DNA of 64,000 nucleotides from an uncultured virus (IMG/VR IMGVR_UViG_3300025769_000078) (lineage: Duplodnaviria; Heunggongvirae; Uroviricota; Caudoviricetes): IMG/VR virus record IMGVR_UViG_3300025769_000078. One strand, 5' to 3'. The first letter of the stretch is position 1; each line of letters begins with the position of its first letter. Made by a program: the position numbers and the translations under genes. This document shows positions 17,957 to 26,589 of this stretch, one piece after another. The notes under the pieces were generated by a model. That model saw only the letters and a program-made list of their open reading frames with translations. It had not been told where the DNA came from and ran no database searches.

Positions 17957-19842
17957 CGGAGGGGATGATGGGTCGAACCTCTGACACGAGGATGTATAAT
18001 CCTCGCTCAGAATCTTCCGAGATGTTCAGGGCGAATCATGAAGATGAGCGCCCACCCAGCGGTGTCGAAGATGCCAAAGACAAGGAAAAGCGCAAGGACA
18101 AGAAGCAAGCCAAGCGTGAACGGGAAGAGAAAGAGGACAACAAAATCCGTCACATCAAAGTCCGTAGACATCATCTCGGCATTGATGATGAAAAGCCTGA
18201 TGAGCCAGTAGAAGAGGAAGAGGAGAAGTTCAAGCCTCGTGGTTCTACTGATAATCCAGCAAATCAAACAATGCCATCAGGTGCTGGTGGTTTCCTTACC
18301 AGTCTCGCTATGGGAGCAAAAGGGCCGGGTGCTGCTGGCGGTCAGATGGTTCAGATGTCTGAGCCTATGGCTAATGCTTGGAGTAATTTGTTGAAGCGTG
18401 ATATGTCAGAAATGACAGATTATGACATAGACCGAGCAAGATTTGCTGGCGATAATCCTGAACTTACAAATGAGCAAAGAAAAAGGGCTATGGATAGAAT
18501 AACTGAATACTATCGTATGAATCACCCTCCCGCATATCTTCTTGAGGACATGTTTGGTGAACAAGTAGCAGATGCTTATGACCAAGTTAGTGACTACGAC
18601 CATTCGGATTATTTTGGAGATACAATAGACCCAAATGAAATGTATCAATATATTTTGGAAAATGGTGGCGAAGAGGCGGCTCAAAACTACATTAACTCCT
18701 ATAAGAATTTTAGAAGTCAGTTTGGTGCTGGCGAAGCCATGCGGGATGAATACCAAAAGTTGAACCCCGGTATTTCAGACATTAAAGAGATGGAAAAAGT
18801 TCAAGACCATTTTAATCAACAAGGTAAGTTGGGAGAAGACATACAGAGCATAATGCCTGATAACGAATCTGTTTTCGATGCATTCCCTTACCCCGAAGGG
18901 TGGTCATTTATCAATCATCTTGCGCCTCCTTTCACACCCACACCTCAAAGTGAACATAATTTTCAAATGAAATATGCAAGCGAACCAATGGACATCGCTT
19001 GGCGACTGCTCAAATCGGACACGATTAAAAAAAAAGAATCGAAGCGTTCCGTAAAGCGACGACGCAAGAAAGAAGGCTACGCTAAATGGCGACCATCTAC
19101 TGGTCAGTTTGAGAAGCCAAAAGGTGGGGGCGACCCACGAAACATCACGTCAAGACGTTCCAAGAACATCAGTCGTAACTTACCAATGGGACGTAAAACT
19201 GGTTTGAATCGTTCTCACCTCTCTGTTGAGTTCTCTCACCGAGGTCTTGCCAGCAAGCAACCTCCATCAAAAGACCCTCAACAATACAGACCCTATCTCG
19301 CTTCGCAAGATGCTCGTAAACTCTTGGGCGGTGTAAGAACAGTATACACACCACACATGCGCCACAGCCAGCGCTCGTATATTGCTGGTGACACAGGTGG
19401 TGGTCGTTTGACCAACACACTCCAATACCCTCGTGTTCCAAGACCACGACTTCGACCAGTTCGTGCGCCAAGCATCGTACCACCACAACTCAAGCGACCA
19501 CACTTAGCACGACCTAAGATGCCAAGTATGATTACAATGAGTGAGGACATTCCTCAACACAGTGACATTCTCAAAGCCAATGCATATCAAGCAGCATTGA
19601 TGCGAATTGCTCTGAAAGAAATTCGTGAATTGATGCGTGAAAAGAAAGACAAGGACAGCAAAAAGAAAGGTAAGGGTGAACCTGACACCGCTGGTGCAGC
19701 GAGCACACTACCAAATTATCCAGCCAACAGTCCGAAGCAAACAAATCGAAATCAAGGTGGCACTGAAGATGTAAACAATGAACCACGAGACTTCGGGCTT
19801 GACCCCGGCGCTCTTGTTGGTAGAGGGAGTGGACGAGTTTGA
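17953..19842 (+). CDS. Modular charged protein with two internal tags; putative internal virion protein
   Basis: EPMANAWSNLLKR and EPMDIAWRLLKS flank an acidic insert; the C-terminal half is very basic. Confidence 0.75.
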   Translation: MTEGMMGRTSDTRMYNPRSESSEMFRANHEDERPPSGVEDAKDKEKRKDKKQAKREREEKEDNKIRHIKVRRHHLGIDDEKPDEPVEEEEEKFKPRGSTDNPANQTMPSGAGGFLTSLAMGAKGPGAAGGQMVQMSEPMANAWSNLLKRDMSEMTDYDIDRARFAGDNPELTNEQRKRAMDRITEYYRMNHPPAYLLEDMFGEQVADAYDQVSDYDHSDYFGDTIDPNEMYQYILENGGEEAAQNYINSYKNFRSQFGAGEAMRDEYQKLNPGISDIKEMEKVQDHFNQQGKLGEDIQSIMPDNESVFDAFPYPEGWSFINHLAPPFTPTPQSEHNFQMKYASEPMDIAWRLLKSDTIKKKESKRSVKRRRKKEGYAKWRPSTGQFEKPKGGGDPRNITSRRSKNISRNLPMGRKTGLNRSHLSVEFSHRGLASKQPPSKDPQQYRPYLASQDARKLLGGVRTVYTPHMRHSQRSYIAGDTGGGRLTNTLQYPRVPRPRLRPVRAPSIVPPQLKRPHLARPKMPSMITMSEDIPQHSDILKANAYQAALMRIALKEIRELMREKKDKDSKKKGKGEPDTAGAASTLPNYPANSPKQTNRNQGGTEDVNNEPRDFGLDPGALVGRGSGRV

Positions 19843-22172
19843 ATGTTTTAGTTCGTAAATCGCTTCTCCTCAAAGGTGACGGTGTTTACGGTTACTATGC
19901 TCATCCTGAAACGGGGCAACTTACTCCGTATCTCAAAACTGCGCCACCTCCTGAAGCAATACACCCTGACCCGAACACGCCTGACGTTCCTGTTTACGCT
20001 CACTATGGTGCGGCAAAGCCACACCCATCAGGACACTTTGGTATGGGTGAATTGATTCCCGGTAAATTTGTCAAAGGTAAACACGATGAAATGGTTTACC
20101 TTGACCATAATGGAGAATCACATCATCACGGAATTGACGGTGTGATACACGCTATTGGCGAGGCTCTTGAGAAAAACGATATGGATGGTCGAAACCATCC
20201 TGAGTTGGGAGAACTTACTGGTCGAAACATTGTTCAGCGTGCCATTGAAATGACAAATGCTGAACATCAAGACAAAAGTGGTTTCCATCATATCCCCGAT
20301 GTCGATGACATGCAACATCGTAAAATTGTAGCAGCGCCGTATGGTGGTCGGAAACCAACAACACGACCTCATCGTGCTCAAAGTGGGGAATACATTACTG
20401 CCTACACCAATCGTGCAAATCGTAACGAAAAAATTGGCGCTATGATTGAGTCCTACGCCGTTCCTTACAATCACAATCTACAGAAAATTCTACTTGAAAC
20501 ACTTGGTATCAAAGACTTGGTTGGTGCTGAGTTCCTTGACAATCCTCACATTGACATCAAAGATTTGCACCCTCGTGGTAGTCGTATTCGTGGTCGAGGT
20601 GGTGACGCTATCATCCAAACACCTCAAGGGTTTATGCTACCCGGCACACACATCACCAATGCTCCTCCCGGTGTTACTCATGACGCAGCCCACACTGGAA
20701 TCCAGTCTTGGGAAGTCATGAATCACACCCCTGATTTTATGCACATGATGGCTGGTCGCCAACAAACAGGGCCAAAAAACTCAATCAACAGTGCAAAAGT
20801 TCACATCGCTGAAGCACTAAAGGTCATTGACCCTGATAAAATTCCTGACGTTGATGTGCCAATCAACACGACTCCCGGCACAACTGGTTCTCCTCAATAT
20901 ACAATGATGAATCTTAGAACTGTGTTGCGAAGTCCAGCCAGCACTGACAACATGATTAACGAATTATCACGAACTCCAGCCTTCAACATGTTGTTTGGTC
21001 GTATCATTAGCGGTTCAGCGGCAAGACCCGGCATAGGTAAGCGAGCGTTCCAACACATCCTTGAAGCCTTTGGAAAAGACCACGAGGTTGGATTTGACAA
21101 CATGCGAAGCCATGCTGTGCCGGGTGCTCACTTGGAAACGCTGGATGGACAAAGAACAACACAAGGTATGGGAACTCACGAAAACGCCGCCAAGTTTTAC
21201 GCTAAGGCTATGCTGAGTGGAGCGCACGATGAGCACGACAGTGCGTTGCGAGCCTATATGCCAAGAGATGCTGAGGGTAACATCGACGCTTCTGTCATTC
21301 AAGGACTGGGTTTGAATCTTCAAAGTTATGATACCGTCGAGCAACGTAGACAAGGAACTCAGGCTTTGGCTGATTTACTCAGCGAAGCGTTTGGTCATCA
21401 GACCCGCCGCCAGTTGCCTGAGTCACTTCCGACCACTGGATTGTCTTCTCGCTACATGCAATACCCTGAACAACTTATTGAGAATCTACCTGAGCACGTT
21501 CCATATCACCATGACGTAGCGCTCGCCCCAGTTGAAAGAGCATCGGTTACAAGACCCGCTGCGACTGCATCAACTGAGCGACCTGCACCACGCCCACAAC
21601 CTACTCCCACTGAGGTTGCTGCTGCTCCCCCAGCACCTCAACAGATGACTCTACCTCCGTCTGTCCCTCAACGGGGAGCACCCGCTTTCACACCGCAAAG
21701 TGCTGAAATGGCAGCGGCACGAAGCCGTGTCGGACAGGCTGACCCAGCATCGCTTCGTAGAATCATAGAAGCCGCTGGTGCAAGAGTGCCTCAAGGACAG
21801 GGTATGCAACTTTCACCTCAAGAGCAGCGTTACCAACAACTCATGGGCGACCCACGCCAACGCTTGCTCACCCAATACATGAAGTCTCAATCGACTGAAC
21901 TCTCTCCGATGGATAGAGTCATGAAGGCTATGGAAGATATGCAATTGGACGATGCTCGCAACGACAGCAAAATCATGAAGCACGCATTGACTCGACCAAT
22001 CAATGTTGGTGACCGTCGTGGTATGCACTATCTTGCCAAGAGCGTAGACCTCACACCTGTTGATGTTCGCTCAATAGTACATGCCACTGGTGACTGGGAG
22101 CGAATTGCAAAGCGACTTAATGTTTCTACTGATGTTGTCAAGGTTGTCAAAGTAAGCGTAGGTGGTGTCTAA
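19839..22172 (+). CDS. Hypothetical His/Pro-rich protein (777 aa); putative virion protein
   Basis: Long ORF coupled to neighbours; N-terminal VRKS and LLKG motifs; possible C-terminal HTH (WERIAKRLNVSTDVVK). Confidence 0.75.
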   Translation: MNVLVRKSLLLKGDGVYGYYAHPETGQLTPYLKTAPPPEAIHPDPNTPDVPVYAHYGAAKPHPSGHFGMGELIPGKFVKGKHDEMVYLDHNGESHHHGIDGVIHAIGEALEKNDMDGRNHPELGELTGRNIVQRAIEMTNAEHQDKSGFHHIPDVDDMQHRKIVAAPYGGRKPTTRPHRAQSGEYITAYTNRANRNEKIGAMIESYAVPYNHNLQKILLETLGIKDLVGAEFLDNPHIDIKDLHPRGSRIRGRGGDAIIQTPQGFMLPGTHITNAPPGVTHDAAHTGIQSWEVMNHTPDFMHMMAGRQQTGPKNSINSAKVHIAEALKVIDPDKIPDVDVPINTTPGTTGSPQYTMMNLRTVLRSPASTDNMINELSRTPAFNMLFGRIISGSAARPGIGKRAFQHILEAFGKDHEVGFDNMRSHAVPGAHLETLDGQRTTQGMGTHENAAKFYAKAMLSGAHDEHDSALRAYMPRDAEGNIDASVIQGLGLNLQSYDTVEQRRQGTQALADLLSEAFGHQTRRQLPESLPTTGLSSRYMQYPEQLIENLPEHVPYHHDVALAPVERASVTRPAATASTERPAPRPQPTPTEVAAAPPAPQQMTLPPSVPQRGAPAFTPQSAEMAAARSRVGQADPASLRRIIEAAGARVPQGQGMQLSPQEQRYQQLMGDPRQRLLTQYMKSQSTELSPMDRVMKAMEDMQLDDARNDSKIMKHALTRPINVGDRRGMHYLAKSVDLTPVDVRSIVHATGDWERIAKRLNVSTDVVKVVKVSVGGV

Positions 22173-23344
22173 TGGGCGACGTTTACGTTCTTCGTAAAAG
22201 TGTGGGGTTACAACTTCAATCTGCCCCTTTACCGGGGGGTATGAATCTTGTCCAAAATGTAGGTTCATCCAGCGGTGACGCTTCTTATCTTCCCGGTCAA
22301 AGTCAAATGTCACAAATGACTCGGACACCAAAAGATGCATCGGGTAATTTTCAATTTCAAGCACCTACTTTCGATAACCAAGGAACTCGTAGATTAGCCG
22401 ATATTTATGGGACTACTGGTATGAACCAGCGAATGGACTTGAATGAAAAAGTCAGAGATGCCGCCCCTGATTCAGAAGAAGGCTTTAGAAACGCTATGGC
22501 TCAGCAAAAAGTGTTTGAAACGGCTGGTCAGGCTGGAGAAGCGGCACATAATAAAAGAGACGCTGACGCAACCGCACTCGGTATTTTAGCAGGGGCGATA
22601 GGTCTTGCAAATGCTGGCGCTGCTGGGGCAGATGCGCTTACTGGGATGATGGGCGCTGCTGGACAATATCAAGGAGCATCACAGTTAGTTCAGGGAACAA
22701 GCCGTGGTGCTGGAGAGCGAGCAGCGAGACGTGCTGCAAACAAAGTCGGTGTGACTCAACCTCAAGTTGCTCAGCCTACTCCTCAAGTTGCTCCTCCCAC
22801 ACGAAAACCAGTAATGGTCGAGGGCTTAACAGACGGTAGCCAAGTTCCTATCAATAGTGAAGAAGCACGAAACAGGGCTTCGAGAGACACATACAATCCA
22901 TCAGACGCTGCTCAGGCATTAGGTCATTATGGGGCTGATGCTGAAGGCAAACTTCAACAAACACAACAACAAGCAATGAACTTGATTGGTGTTACGGGTA
23001 ATCCACTTCAAATGCCATCAAGCCCTACCCCAATCAAGGATGGACAACCTTACTTGAGACTCACTAATTTAGAAGGAGAGCCAATGCAACCACCACCTGC
23101 TACTGCTTCGCCAACTCCTGAGCCTCCTCAAATGTCTGATAAAAAGGTAGGTAGCATAATCGCTAATAACACAACTGGTAACAATGAGGAAGCAGAGTTA
23201 AACAGTGACGCTGGCAATACAATTCAACAAAGTCTTGAAAGTGCAAAAGCGGGACAAGAAAAGGCTGCGAATGCATCAATGGCATCGGCATCATCAACAA
23301 ACAAAAAAGATGACCAAAGAAAAATGCTCGTTGGGGTGGTCTGA
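22172..23344 (+). CDS. Gly/Ala/Gln-rich protein (390 aa); ejection-protein-like composition
   Basis: Ala/Gly hydrophobic stretch ALGILAGAIGLANAGAAG; stop overlaps the TerL start. Confidence 0.65.
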   Translation: MGDVYVLRKSVGLQLQSAPLPGGMNLVQNVGSSSGDASYLPGQSQMSQMTRTPKDASGNFQFQAPTFDNQGTRRLADIYGTTGMNQRMDLNEKVRDAAPDSEEGFRNAMAQQKVFETAGQAGEAAHNKRDADATALGILAGAIGLANAGAAGADALTGMMGAAGQYQGASQLVQGTSRGAGERAARRAANKVGVTQPQVAQPTPQVAPPTRKPVMVEGLTDGSQVPINSEEARNRASRDTYNPSDAAQALGHYGADAEGKLQQTQQQAMNLIGVTGNPLQMPSSPTPIKDGQPYLRLTNLEGEPMQPPPATASPTPEPPQMSDKKVGSIIANNTTGNNEEAELNSDAGNTIQQSLESAKAGQEKAANASMASASSTNKKDDQRKMLVGVV

Positions 23345-24828
23345 TGGCTAAGCGAGAAGAAGAAGAGCAAATGAAAGAACTCATCGTTGAGATGGACAGA
23401 AAGATGTCTCAGCGCTCTTTCAAGTATTTCTTTGAAACAGTGCTGGGTTTTGACTACGCTGACCACCACGCTCAGTGGGATGAGGGCTTGGAAGAGAATC
23501 GTTACTATTGTGTCAAAGCGTCTCGTGACCACGGTAAGTCTGTATTCTTCATGTCGTATGCTCTTTGGTTAGCGGCGTTTAATCCCGACAAGCACATCAT
23601 GATTTTTTCACACTCTCTTGAACAGACGCTGGAGCACATGCGTTTCATTCGTAACAACATCGACGGAGCACCTTGTTTGCACCATCTTAAGCCCGGTGGT
23701 ATACCGTGGCGAAAGACCTACTTTGAGTTCACCAACGGTAGTCGTATCATGGCAAAGTCGGTTGGTGGAGGAACTCGTGGTTTCCACCCTGACGTTGTTG
23801 TATGCGATGATATTCTGTGGGGAACAACAGGTAGTGAGTTGCAACGAGCAGCCGATTGGTTCTACGGTGTATTGCTTCCAGTTCTTCACCACACAGGTAA
23901 AATGATGATGGTAGGAACTCCGTTCAGTTACAACGACTTGTATGCTGAGTTGGAAAAGAAAGAGACGTTCCGAGTTGAGACATATCCCGCTATCAATCGA
24001 GAGGGTGAACCGCTGTGGCCTCAGCGTTGGAGTCTTGAAGCACTTGAGCAACGACGACTCTCAATGCCAGCGATTCAGTTTACTCGTGAGTATCTCTGTG
24101 AGCCAATCCATGACGTAGCCAGTATGTTCCCGATGACGATACTGGAGAAGGCTCGTGACCCTGAGTTGGTTCTTCTTGACCATGCTGAACATGAGTATGA
24201 TGAAGATGGCAACAGCATGGGTCTGTTCGGTCAGCACTTTATTGGCTGGGACACAGCAATTGCATCGGACAAGAATGCTGACTTTACTGCTATGACTGTT
24301 CTACGAACTCTACCTGATGATAACGTCAAACAGATTGTCGGTGTTGTGCATGAGCGTGGTATGAGTTCTGTGGCACAGAAGCGACAAATCATTCTATTGA
24401 ATCAACGATTCCAACCCGACTTGATTGAACTTGAAGGCAACAACTTCCAGCGTATGTTTGCTATGGAACTCAAGGATATGCGAGAGGATATTCCTATCCG
24501 AACCTTCATGACAACCAAGACAAGAAAGGAAAGCCTCTTCATGTCTTTGCTCATGGCTTTTGAACAGGGCCAAATCAAAACACCTTATGGTAATGAAATA
24601 AGTAGGCAGTTTACTCACAAGTTAGAAGAGGAATTGAACAGGTTTGGAATGCAAAAGAACGGGAGACTGGAAAGCGTGGGCGTGCATGATGACTTGGCTA
24701 TGTCGCTGGCGTTGGCAAACTGGGGAACAAAAGAGTTCAAAGGCTCGATTGTTCTCCTCGATGACATCTTGCCGGGTCTTGACAACATTATCACTGGAAA
24801 ACCGAGTAGAGGGTGGATGATACCATGA
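23344..24828 (+). CDS. terL: Terminase large subunit
   Basis: Walker A-like ASRDHGKS, Walker B VVCDD, motif GTP, nuclease IGWDTA and HDDLAMSLALA. Confidence 0.95.
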   Translation: MAKREEEEQMKELIVEMDRKMSQRSFKYFFETVLGFDYADHHAQWDEGLEENRYYCVKASRDHGKSVFFMSYALWLAAFNPDKHIMIFSHSLEQTLEHMRFIRNNIDGAPCLHHLKPGGIPWRKTYFEFTNGSRIMAKSVGGGTRGFHPDVVVCDDILWGTTGSELQRAADWFYGVLLPVLHHTGKMMMVGTPFSYNDLYAELEKKETFRVETYPAINREGEPLWPQRWSLEALEQRRLSMPAIQFTREYLCEPIHDVASMFPMTILEKARDPELVLLDHAEHEYDEDGNSMGLFGQHFIGWDTAIASDKNADFTAMTVLRTLPDDNVKQIVGVVHERGMSSVAQKRQIILLNQRFQPDLIELEGNNFQRMFAMELKDMREDIPIRTFMTTKTRKESLFMSLLMAFEQGQIKTPYGNEISRQFTHKLEEELNRFGMQKNGRLESVGVHDDLAMSLALANWGTKEFKGSIVLLDDILPGLDNIITGKPSRGWMIP

Positions 24829-25727
24829 AAGAAAAGAAAATGGGTGGAAAGAAACACGGTATGGTGCTGATTATCTCAGTGGGTAAGAAGGGTGACAAAG
24901 ACCCTATGCACGCCGCTGACCCTGATTCAAAGAAGAAAGGAATCCGCACAAGAGATGACCATTATGGAAAATACGGCACAGCCGATGAAGCATCAGGAAA
25001 AGAAGATTTTAGAGAAAAATTAGGTGCAGATGTTGATAGATACGTTGGGGTTAAGTCAATAAAAGATATTCATGAAAAACACGGTGACCCATACGCTGGT
25101 ATGACTCCTGAACAGGCTGACGAGTTCAATCGTTTGCTTGCAATGCATAACGAGTTTGAAAAATTAAATCAACCTGAACCTGAACCTGAACCTGAAGCAG
25201 TGCAAGAATCTGTTCCCGCTAAGACTAAGGAAGAAAATCTTTACGATGCTATCTTTAATGAAATGAAAGCAAAGGCTCTGAAAAAAGCCAGCATTGACGA
25301 CTTGTTTCAAGAAGCCAGTTCTCTCAGAGAAGCAGGTGATAAAGCAACAGCAAGACAGTTTTCAGATGTAGCCTCCGCTATGCAACGAGCACCAGCACTA
25401 CGTCAAAGTTTGATTGACCGTTTTGGGACTCAGGCTACCAATGCGTTAGCCATGACTTATCCTGAAATGGCATCAGGTGAAGGTATGGGTGAAATGATGT
25501 TCCAAGAAGGTAAAAACAATCCTGACTATATCGAAGCACGTTCAGACCCTTCCTATCTTGGTGAGGGTAGAAAGCCATTTATGAGTGCTATCAGTGCTTT
25601 AGCACGAGGTAAACAAAGAGTAAACACTCAAGAGTTGGCTGCTCAAGAAGCACTTCAACGACTTATTGCTGAAGACCCATCAAGATTTTTTGCTGACCGA
25701 AGGGTGATGGGTGAGCAAGGTGAGTGA
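24813..25727 (+). CDS. Hypothetical modular protein (304 aa)
   Basis: ORF between TerL and the HMG-CoA lyase; PEPEPEPE linker; internal LKKA. Confidence 0.7.
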   Translation: MDDTMKEKKMGGKKHGMVLIISVGKKGDKDPMHAADPDSKKKGIRTRDDHYGKYGTADEASGKEDFREKLGADVDRYVGVKSIKDIHEKHGDPYAGMTPEQADEFNRLLAMHNEFEKLNQPEPEPEPEAVQESVPAKTKEENLYDAIFNEMKAKALKKASIDDLFQEASSLREAGDKATARQFSDVASAMQRAPALRQSLIDRFGTQATNALAMTYPEMASGEGMGEMMFQEGKNNPDYIEARSDPSYLGEGRKPFMSAISALARGKQRVNTQELAAQEALQRLIAEDPSRFFADRRVMGEQGE

Positions 25728-26565
25728 TGTAAACCTCTACGAAGTTGGCCCTCGTGATGGTCTGCAAAACATAGAGGAGTTTACACCGACAAATGAAAAA
25801 ATTGACTTGATACATCGACTCTACGATGTTGGTTTAAAGCAAATGGAGATTACATCATTTGTTCATCCTAAGTATGTTCCAAACATGGCTGACGCTGAAG
25901 AAGTGTTTCAGGCTACTCGTGACATTGACAACTTTGCTGTTCTTGTCCCAAATCAAAGAGGTATGGACAGAGCAAAGGCTGCTGGGGCTAAAAAAGTAAA
26001 TGTCTTTTTTTCAGCATCTGACAGTTTCAATCAAGCCAACTTAGGAAAAAACATGGATGAAATTGTAGGCGAGTTGGACTCAATGCTCCAAGACACTGAT
26101 ACAAAAAATGTCAGAGCATATGTTTCTTGTGCTTTTGGAGCACCCAATGAAAGTGTCAATGAGCGTAAGGTGCTGGAGGCTATGCAAGCGGCTCAGCACA
26201 TGGGTGATACTGTAGTTCTTTGCGACACGGTTGGTAAGGCACATCCTTCTATTATCTATCGAACTCTTGAGTTGTCGAGGCACATTGATGCTGACATAGC
26301 GTTGCATTTGCATCACCGAAAGGACAAGAAAGACAACATGTTTGCTAACATTCAAACTGCTTTGGAATGGGGTATCACTGAATTTGATACCAGCATTGGC
26401 GGTTTAGGCGGTTGTCCTTTTGTTCATGGTAGTGGTAGCAATCTTTCAACAAACGACATGGTTCGATTTTTGGACAAGATGGGGCATGAGACTGGATTGG
26501 ATATTGCTGAACTGAATGAAATTGCAAAAATCTACAGTAAGCCTCTTCTGAGTAGCAAATGGTAA
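25711..26565 (+). CDS. hmgL: Hydroxymethylglutaryl-CoA lyase (DRE-TIM metallolyase)
   Basis: EVGPRDGLQN, ITSFVHPKYVPNMAD, LCDTVG, ALHLH and GLGGCPF..GSNLST motifs. Confidence 0.9.
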   Translation: MSKVSDVNLYEVGPRDGLQNIEEFTPTNEKIDLIHRLYDVGLKQMEITSFVHPKYVPNMADAEEVFQATRDIDNFAVLVPNQRGMDRAKAAGAKKVNVFFSASDSFNQANLGKNMDEIVGELDSMLQDTDTKNVRAYVSCAFGAPNESVNERKVLEAMQAAQHMGDTVVLCDTVGKAHPSIIYRTLELSRHIDADIALHLHHRKDKKDNMFANIQTALEWGITEFDTSIGGLGGCPFVHGSGSNLSTNDMVRFLDKMGHETGLDIAELNEIAKIYSKPLLSSKW

Positions 26566-26589
26566 ATAGGTCAATAGTGAGGTCAAATT

